From Omnitrophica WOR_2 bacterium GWF2_43_52 (GTDB lineage: Bacteria; Omnitrophota; Gorgyraeia; Gygaellales; UBA12090): 64,000 bases of DNA. The notes beneath the pieces were generated by a model, which was not told where the DNA came from, did not search any database, and saw nothing but the letters and a program-made list of their open reading frames with translations. The stretch lies in contig MHGF01000003.1 of the NCBI GenBank assembly GCA_001805445.1, forward strand, positions 248,429-312,428, read 5' to 3'. The first letter of the stretch is position 1; each line of letters starts with the position of its first letter. Below are positions 57,563 through 64,000 of the stretch, one piece after another. A program made the position numbers and the translations under genes.

Positions 57563-58954
57563 TTACGATGAAAGGATTCGGAGGAAAATGCGCTTTTTCT
57601 CTTCAATTTCCTGCCATTCCTCATCCGCGGTTGAGCCTTCCACAATACCGGCACCGGCAAATAAATTCACTGTATTTGCCCGCATCAACGCGCAGCGCAG
57701 GGCAACCGTAAAATCAACACTGGTAGTACCGATATATCCGAAAGCTCCCGCGTACCATCCCCGGTCAAAAGGCTCTACATTGATCAGTGCCTGGAGTACT
57801 TGCTCTGTCGGAGTTCCTCCTACCGCGGGTGTTGGATGAAGCAGAGAGAGAATCTGGGCATCGTCTGTTTCATCTTTCAGGATTCCTTTAAAACGGGTAA
57901 TTAAATGCTGGCCGCTTGAAGCCTTAACTACTGTTGGGGCGTCATCGCTGCTAAAGGAAACGCATAATTTTTGAAAAGCATTTTTAATTGCCTCTGCTAC
58001 AATTTTATGTTCCAAGGCGTCTTTATCAGAAGAAAGCAGTTTTTTCTCAAATGCGGCATCTTCTTCTCCCGAGGCTCCCCGAGGCATTGTCCCTGCAAGG
58101 GCCTCGCTTTCAATCGCGCGGCCGTGACGCGTAAATAAGCGTTCCGGAGATGCTCCAAAAAAGGCATTCCCTGCTTGAGGCTGAAAGTAATAATGAAAGG
58201 AACGGGGCGTTTCTCGCACAAGCTTTCTGAATACAACCAGCGGCTCACTATCAGCAGTAAGCTCTATACATGTTTTGCGCGCTAATACAATCTTCTGATA
58301 CGCCATTTTACCAGATGGCTGAACATGCTCACTGAATAATTGCCGCCACAGGGCCTTATCAGGGAGCATGCGCACGCCCCGTATCGCGGGAATAACCTCA
58401 TTGCCTGATGGTTTTTGCGCAAACGAAAGATTATCAAGCGCGCTCAGATATTCCTCGATTAATGCGCGCGTAACATTCGCAGCTACAATATTACAGGCAA
58501 AAACCGTCTTTTCGTTTTTTGTTATGATTTCAAACTGGGGCAGTAAAAAATAATACGCGCCAAACTCTTTCCATTCTTTTTCCTGTTTTCTTGCGCCACT
58601 ATTCACCCGAGGAGGATAAAAACCTATTCCTCCATAGTAATGCGGCTCATTCCCTGCCAAAGAGAGCTTTTCATGAATAGCTTCGAAAAGTGTATTGTAG
58701 CCAGAGATTGCCTGGCTTCGGATACTATCCGCGGCGCCAAGGCCTGCCATTTCAAAGGTGTTATCCCTGTTAGACCAATATACTTTATACTGGCTTCCTT
58801 GAGCCATAAGCCAGTCAAGGCAGTTAATCCCAGGACAAGGCACTTCAAGGCGAATAATTCCATGAGTATGGATAGGCTGGCCTTCCGAAAGAAGGCTGCG
58901 AATATTGCGCGCTATGCGATCCTTAAAAACCTGGAACAAAATATCGGAAGAATC
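57563..58954 (-). CDS. menF: isochorismate synthase
   Basis: Chorismate-binding C-terminal motifs (PTPAVGG ... GWYAGAFGY ... RCA). Start placed at an internal Met (MDSSDIL) downstream of the STAS gene stop. Confidence 0.7.
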   Translation of the reverse strand, partial: DSSDILFQVFKDRIARNIRSLLSEGQPIHTHGIIRLEVPCPGINCLDWLMAQGSQYKVYWSNRDNTFEMAGLGAADSIRSQAISGYNTLFEAIHEKLSLAGNEPHYYGGIGFYPPRVNSGARKQEKEWKEFGAYYFLLPQFEIITKNEKTVFACNIVAANVTRALIEEYLSALDNLSFAQKPSGNEVIPAIRGVRMLPDKALWRQLFSEHVQPSGKMAYQKIVLARKTCIELTADSEPLVVFRKLVRETPRSFHYYFQPQAGNAFFGASPERLFTRHGRAIESEALAGTMPRGASGEEDAAFEKKLLSSDKDALEHKIVAEAIKNAFQKLCVSFSSDDAPTVVKASSGQHLITRFKGILKDETDDAQILSLLHPTPAVGGTPTEQVLQALINVEPFDRGWYAGAFGYIGTTSVDFTVALRCALMRANTVNLFAGAGIVEGSTADEEWQEIEEKKRIFLRILSS

Positions 58955-59003
58955 CATAGTATCATTTGTATGCTTGAAACATAGAGCATCAGGAAAACTG
59001 AAC

Positions 59004-59414
59004 TTATATTTTTTTATTTTTACCGGCTTCCCGATAACGCTTCTCTTCCTTAACCTGGTTCTGAATGATTCCAAAGTAACGGTCAGCATCTTCTCTGTTT
59101 TCAAATATCTGCACATCAGGCAGGGCGTTAACAATTTTAAACACCTTATCAATATGTTCGGGGACACTCGACATCATCATAACCACGCCTTGAGCTTTAG
59201 CCGCTTTACGGATTTCCAGGATCGCGCTAATTCCCATACTGCTTATATAATCCAAGCGCTCAAGGTCAAGCACTATGGCTTTTAACGTCGTACTTAACTG
59301 CGCCTGCGCCTTTTTTCTGAATTCCTCGTACGTCTGAGTATCCAATGAACCGCTCAAAGATATAATCACCACATTCTCTTCTTCCTTCTTTGCTATACTT
59401 ATTTTCAATCCCAT
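59004..59414 (-). CDS. STAS domain anti-sigma factor antagonist (SpoIIAA/RsbV-like)
   Basis: 136 aa STAS fold pattern with the conserved phospho-serine context (DLERLDYISSMGISAI). Confidence 0.8.
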   Translation of the reverse strand: MGLKISIAKKEEENVVIISLSGSLDTQTYEEFRKKAQAQLSTTLKAIVLDLERLDYISSMGISAILEIRKAAKAQGVVMMMSSVPEHIDKVFKIVNALPDVQIFENREDADRYFGIIQNQVKEEKRYREAGKNKKI

Positions 59415-59428
59415 CTTACCCTCCTTTG

Positions 59429-61324
59429 TTATTGACGTGTTATTCCGGGAAATTCAAGCATCAGCGCGGTTACATCATCATGTTGCAACGATTGCTTTTC
59501 AAACGCAGTATGAGACGCTTGTAATTGAGAGAAAATCGTATTTATCTTCTCCTTTCTGTATTTCATAAAAGCCTCTTTGAGGCGGGCAACCCCGAATTCC
59601 TTACCTTTGGAATCCCTTGCCTCTGTCCAGCCATCGGTATACATAAACAATTTATCTCCCAATCCAAAGGGATGCCTGTAAACAGTATAGGCTACATTCT
59701 CCATCAAACCCAGAGGCGGGCCTGAAGCCTCAAGTAACTCATTGATAGTGTCTTTTGCGCTGTCAAAATAAAAAAGCGGCATATGTCCCGCGCACGAGCC
59801 TTCCCAAAAGCCTTCCGCGGCATGTACCACAAGGTACTGCCCCGTCACAAAACGCCCCTTTAAAATAGGATACAAATGATTATTCAAAAGCCTCAAGGCC
59901 TCGCTAGGGTCATACACACCCCTGCCTACCTGGCGCAACAGAGAAATTGCCTGAGCCATAAGCAGCGCCGCGGAAACCCCTTTCCCGCTGACATCAGCAA
60001 TAAAAAAACCAAAGGTATTCTCATCAAGTAAAATAATATCGTAAAAGTCACCGCCTATAAATTTCGCGGGTTTTAAAAAAGTACGGACTTGTATATCAGC
60101 CAAGGTATGCACTTCAGGAGGAAGAAAGCTTTGCTGAATGGATGCGGCTATCTCTAATTCCTTTTCCAGTAACCGCCTTTTTTGGATTTCATCAAAAAAC
60201 TTCATGAGCAAAATAACCGTATAAATAAGCGTAATCCCGGTAAGCGGGAAAAAGAGATCAAGAAAAATACCGCGAAAAGCAAATAAAAACCATGCCCCAA
60301 AGGAATATACCGCTGTCAAGCTAAGCGAATAGAAAAATGCCGCGCGGGGCATAAACTTTAAACAAATGAGTGATGACAGAAGAAAAATTCCAAGCGCAAG
60401 CACCCCCCGGACAAAAGGATGCGCCCTCCTAATAAAAGCTCCGCGTAAAATGCTATCGCAGACGCTGGCTTGAGCGCCAACCATAGGATAAATATTGTCA
60501 AGAGGAGTAGGCTTTAGGTCTACCGTGCCTGTCGCGGTCAAACCCACAAAACAAATTTTATCCTTCAACACACTTAAATCAACAGAGGGTTCATTTCCGT
60601 TTTTTTTAGCCGCATGCGCCTTCAACACCTCCAGATACGAAAAATGCTGAAAGGTGCTTGTCCAGGGGCCGGGATAATTTATCCATAACGCTCCCTCTGA
60701 ATCGAGCGCCTGATGTGCTAATGCTTCTTCCTGCTCCAGGGAATACCCTAACCGTTTAGCTGCCGCTAAAAACCCTAAATAAGGCCAAGATTTATCCTTG
60801 TAGCGTACCCACAGAGGCAGGCGCCTGACTTTTCCATCAGTATCAACAATTATATTAATGTGCCCTACTCCCGCGGCTGCGGCCTTGAATGGCTCAGCCA
60901 CAGCCCCTACGATATCTTGAGCCATAACCTGCCTGGAGCTATTACGCTTTACCTCTTCAAGCTCAAACGCGCAAGGAAGATAGACGTTTGCAGATTGCCT
61001 CATCGCCTCTTTCAAATCATTATCATACTGGCTTTGCTCGCTTAAAAGGATATCAAAAATAATCATGCGGCATCCGCTTTCTGTCAAGGCCTTAATAAGA
61101 GACTCATGAAAATTCCTGGGTATAGGCCACTGGCCTAACGACTTCAGGGTATCATCCGCAATCTCAATGATAACTATTTCCCGGCTTTCCTTCTGCGCAG
61201 GCCTTGTTTTCATTAACATGTCATAGGCAAACATTTCCTGCGGCCTGAATAAATCCCAAACGATAACTGCTAAAATCAAAAAAAACGCAATGACTATATA
61301 CCATGCTACGAATGCGCGCTTCAT
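59429..61324 (-). CDS. CHASE2 sensor domain + PP2C (SpoIIE/RsbU-like) serine phosphatase
   Basis: N-terminal TM plus extracytoplasmic CHASE2-like region and three further TM helices. C-terminal PPM motifs (GGDFYD ... ADVSGKG ... DGWTEA). Confidence 0.8.
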   Translation of the reverse strand: MKRAFVAWYIVIAFFLILAVIVWDLFRPQEMFAYDMLMKTRPAQKESREIVIIEIADDTLKSLGQWPIPRNFHESLIKALTESGCRMIIFDILLSEQSQYDNDLKEAMRQSANVYLPCAFELEEVKRNSSRQVMAQDIVGAVAEPFKAAAAGVGHINIIVDTDGKVRRLPLWVRYKDKSWPYLGFLAAAKRLGYSLEQEEALAHQALDSEGALWINYPGPWTSTFQHFSYLEVLKAHAAKKNGNEPSVDLSVLKDKICFVGLTATGTVDLKPTPLDNIYPMVGAQASVCDSILRGAFIRRAHPFVRGVLALGIFLLSSLICLKFMPRAAFFYSLSLTAVYSFGAWFLFAFRGIFLDLFFPLTGITLIYTVILLMKFFDEIQKRRLLEKELEIAASIQQSFLPPEVHTLADIQVRTFLKPAKFIGGDFYDIILLDENTFGFFIADVSGKGVSAALLMAQAISLLRQVGRGVYDPSEALRLLNNHLYPILKGRFVTGQYLVVHAAEGFWEGSCAGHMPLFYFDSAKDTINELLEASGPPLGLMENVAYTVYRHPFGLGDKLFMYTDGWTEARDSKGKEFGVARLKEAFMKYRKEKINTIFSQLQASHTAFEKQSLQHDDVTALMLEFPGITRQ

Positions 61325-61773
61325 GATTCCTGAGAGAAAAACTTTATCATCTTTACGCCGCTGCCCTTATCATAAAACTCAACCCGGTCCATTAATTTTT
61401 GAATAAGAAAAATACCCCTGCCGGAAGGCACATCGCGCAAATCACGGCGTGTTGGATCAGGAATATTTTCAACATCAAAGCCGTTTCCTTCATCATGTAT
61501 ATCGAGAATTACCCTTTCAGAATTGGCATCAATAGAAACATTCACCAAACGCTGAGGTTCCAGTTTATTGCCATGGCGCATGGCATTTGTTAAAGATTCT
61601 TCTAAAGCCAGCTTAACCTGCAAAGCTTTCTCTTCCAAACCCGTAAGTGCTGCTATTTTCAAGGAAATGCCTTCCACAAAAGGAATAACCTTATTCAAAT
61701 CTGTCGCCAGCTTTTCACTCAGCAAAAAAGAATCAGCCATAAGATTTAGGAAGCTTTCCCGGCTTTGTTGCAT
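61321..61773 (-). CDS. RsbW/SpoIIAB-like anti-sigma factor serine kinase (HATPase_c)
   Basis: LEESLTNAMRHGN N-box and a G-box (DEGNGFD) of GHKL ATPases, 150 aa. Translationally coupled to the phosphatase gene. Confidence 0.75.
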   Translation of the reverse strand: MQQSRESFLNLMADSFLLSEKLATDLNKVIPFVEGISLKIAALTGLEEKALQVKLALEESLTNAMRHGNKLEPQRLVNVSIDANSERVILDIHDEGNGFDVENIPDPTRRDLRDVPSGRGIFLIQKLMDRVEFYDKGSGVKMIKFFSQES

Positions 61774-62009
61774 GCATTTTTTGTAATGCTTTTTTCACCA
61801 ATGAGTTCTGATAGATTTTTGCATATTGATTCAATAATACGAATGCAAACTGATTTTAGCGGATGCAGACAGATTATTTTTGTCCGCGACATCCGTAACC
61901 ATCCGTCTGAATCAGTGTATCTAAAAACACAGGTTCATTTAAAACCATATTTTATCTTCAACTCAAAAATTGCAACAAACTTAAGAAACTATCAGATTTA
62001 GCTCTTGCG

Positions 62010-63287
62010 CTAACGAGGCCTTCCCCCTCTTGGAGCGCCTCCCCTACTGCCTCCCTTGCCGCCTGACTGAGCGGAGCCTTTGCCCGAAGGAGTTTTCCCT
62101 TGAGTATTCGAAGACGTACCTTGTCCCTGCATACCGGCTCCTTGCCGCGACGATGGAGGCTGTCCTTTTGATGCAGGGACATTGTCTCTCCTTGCCTTGG
62201 GCTCGGCATTATTCGTCTCATGCCCCTGATTTTGCTCGCGCATTCTTTCACCTTTCGGCATCCTATTCTTTCCTTCAGGGAAACGATCCCTACCCTGGCT
62301 TTCCCTATGCCCTCCGGCTTCACCGCTTACCAAAGGCCTCTCTAACCCTGAAGAGCTCCTTTGGTTTTGTGATTCCTTTTTCTGCTCAAACGAAGGCCTC
62401 TGTCCCTCTAAACTCATCAGAGGCTTACGCCCTCCTTCAGAGTCGTTATCGCGCGCAGAATTAGTTTGAGAATCCAGGCTTGACTTTCTTTCCTGCATAC
62501 GAGTATCTTCATTCGAACCGGGCCCTTCCGGTTTATTTCCCTCGGATCTACCTTGAGAAGAAGATTGCCTTTGTTTCTGGACCTGATCCAGGAAATTCTT
62601 TCGGTCAAACGCAGGGCGTTCCTGGCGCTTTTGTATCGCCTCACCGCCATGCTTATGCACCTCCTGTTTAAGCGCCTGATATTCCTGCCTGCGGGCCTGC
62701 GCGATAGGGCGAAATTGCGAGGGTTTTTCAAACTTATGCACGGTAGTCATTTGGCCGGGGGCCATCACAGTGCGCTCTTTAGAAACCGTACCATCTGATT
62801 CAAAATGGCGCACATACGGCTGGCTGTCAATAGCCTCAACATCTGTTCCCTCTTCGGTTACCTTAGTTACCCAGTCTGTGCCCCTCGCTCCGGAAACCGC
62901 AGTAGGAGTGCGTATCTCAAAGGCACTGCCACTGGGTAAATTACTTATTGTTGAAAAAACCTCTCCCGTAGTCATTTCGAGCTTCTCATCAACGCTAAGG
63001 CTGAGGCTCACTTCGGTATCCTCCTCTAAACGAACCAGGTTAGAATTGTCATCGTTAAACGATAATTCCGCGGAAGAAGAATCGCCGGTTTTAATCGTAT
63101 CACCGGCTTCAAGCATAACCCCTTCCTGAACACCCGTAAAATCATCAGCTTCTTTAAAAAGAACCTCCACGGTGCCAGAATAATGGGTTACTTCAGCCTG
63201 TTGGGCCTGCTGGGCATAGGCTTTCGATAGGAACACAACGAGACACAGAAAAACAAGCATAACTGTAGACGTTATATACTTCTTCAT
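62010..63287 (-). CDS. FecR-like domain exported protein with a long RG/Q/S-rich disordered tail
   Basis: Signal peptide, a FecR-like beta domain in the first ~190 aa, then ~230 aa of low-complexity sequence ending GGKGGSRGGAPRGGRPR. Confidence 0.5.
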   Translation of the reverse strand: MKKYITSTVMLVFLCLVVFLSKAYAQQAQQAEVTHYSGTVEVLFKEADDFTGVQEGVMLEAGDTIKTGDSSSAELSFNDDNSNLVRLEEDTEVSLSLSVDEKLEMTTGEVFSTISNLPSGSAFEIRTPTAVSGARGTDWVTKVTEEGTDVEAIDSQPYVRHFESDGTVSKERTVMAPGQMTTVHKFEKPSQFRPIAQARRQEYQALKQEVHKHGGEAIQKRQERPAFDRKNFLDQVQKQRQSSSQGRSEGNKPEGPGSNEDTRMQERKSSLDSQTNSARDNDSEGGRKPLMSLEGQRPSFEQKKESQNQRSSSGLERPLVSGEAGGHRESQGRDRFPEGKNRMPKGERMREQNQGHETNNAEPKARRDNVPASKGQPPSSRQGAGMQGQGTSSNTQGKTPSGKGSAQSGGKGGSRGGAPRGGRPR

Positions 63288-63568
63288 AGTATACTCCCTT
63301 TCGGTTTTTCTTGCTCGTTCTAAAATCGCAGATTTTCCCCGGGCCCTGCTTCAATTTAAAAAAAGAAAACGCGCAGAAAGAAATACCCTTAAAAGAGTAT
63401 ACTAATATAGAAGCGTGGATTTTGCAATAGCAAAATTCGGGTTTACGCTGAGGAAAGCTCTGCTTTTATTTTGACTGGTTTAAGAAAAATCTACCTGCGC
63501 TCGTATAGTATAACCTCTTAAACCATTCAATGGCCGTTTGGCGGGTATAAACACTATCTCTTGGAAGA

Positions 63569-64000
63569 TTATACCGAAGGGGTAGCTCTGGCAGTATTAG
63601 ACTGTGGGCCGGTTCCCGTGGCATTAACTGCCTCCACACGGAAACGATACTCAACACCGTTTTGTAAACCGGTAATCGTTGCTCCGCAAACCGCGTTATC
63701 CGTAAAAACCTTGTCAAACAGGCCGCTTGCCGTAGTGCCGTAACGGATACGGTACTGTGTAAGAGGAGTTACGCTGTAAGGCGCCGACCACTGCAAGCTA
63801 ACTAAACCATTGCCTTTGGTTGCCCTAAGGTCAGGGATATATCCGGGCAGCTTCGCGTAACGGCTGACGCTTTGAATTAAAGAGAAATTAGGCGTATGGC
63901 TTCCTGCGGTATCATAACTTTTTAGTTTTTCTTCCAAGATGTCATAACTATCGTTATTAAAATCTGCAAGCTCATGGCTATAGCGTGAGTGGTTATATAA
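63569..64000 (-). CDS. fibronectin type III domain protein (C-terminal part; start lies beyond the window end)
   Basis: LTQYRIRYGTTASG ... YRFRVEAVNATGTGPQS Fn3 pattern. The reading frame stays open to position 64000. Confidence 0.5.
   Translation of the reverse strand, partial: LYNHSRYSHELADFNNDSYDILEEKLKSYDTAGSHTPNFSLIQSVSRYAKLPGYIPDLRATKGNGLVSLQWSAPYSVTPLTQYRIRYGTTASGLFDKVFTDNAVCGATITGLQNGVEYRFRVEAVNATGTGPQSNTARATPSV

Noticed and set aside
61774-62009. Partial palindromes (TTGCAT ... ATGCAA; GGATG ... CATCC) in the RsbW-operon upstream region
   Set aside because: Arms are short and asymmetric. Plausible promoter or operator material, but too weak to call without comparative data.
63466-63717. 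83-aa minus-strand ORF overlapping the Fn3 gene end
   Set aside because: It overlaps the better-supported Fn3-domain frame (63569 onward) and has no recognisable features.

Overview
This 64 kb window looks like a chromosomal segment of a Gram-negative bacterium, probably an uncultivated lineage with Deltaproteobacteria- or Omnitrophota-like gene content. That inference rests on outer-membrane-associated families (OmpA, TonB, GT9 heptosyltransferase, ADP-heptose genes, a Bat operon), DUF4416/DUF1844 and many PilZ/HD-GYP genes. It is densely packed, and about 65 of 68 genes lie on the minus strand.

Housekeeping genes I can recognise:
- shikimate pathway: aroB, aroQ
- acetyl-CoA carboxylase: accB, accC
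- translation: efp, rpsU, tRNA-Gly(CCC)
- thiamine: thiE, thiC
- ADP-heptose: gmhA, rfaE domain II
- glycolysis: phosphofructokinase
- a complete Bat aerotolerance operon: moxR, DUF58, batA, batB, batC, batD, batE
- a GT35 alpha-glucan phosphorylase
- a classical menaquinone cluster: menF, menD, menB | menA, menC, menE, plus a hotdog thioesterase
- a CHASE2-PP2C / RsbW-like / STAS partner-switching module

The most unusual feature is a roughly 7 kb AT-rich island that splits the men cluster between menA and menB. It has a RelE/ParE-family toxin-antitoxin pair on one side and a HicB/HicA-like pair on the other. Between them sits a 1758-aa protein with a Sec signal peptide, an HD phosphohydrolase domain, a NUDIX hydrolase domain and an internal tandem duplication of an uncharacterised ~243-aa module. 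Upstream of it is a helically phased array of five CACGAAT heptamers. I do not recognise this domain combination as a described system.

Other points worth a second look:
- a PIF1-like helicase with a C-terminal WYL domain beside an AT-rich edge region carrying a perfect 11-bp inverted repeat
- two PilZ genes, a small zinc-ribbon gene and an ExeA/GspB-like pair close to an HD-GYP phosphodiesterase
- a thiE gene that may be split or frameshifted
- a CCTAAT hexamer array upstream of pfk
- three small genes missing from the ORF track: rpsU, a Trm112-like gene and a zinc-ribbon gene

No CRISPR array, transposase or integrase was seen.
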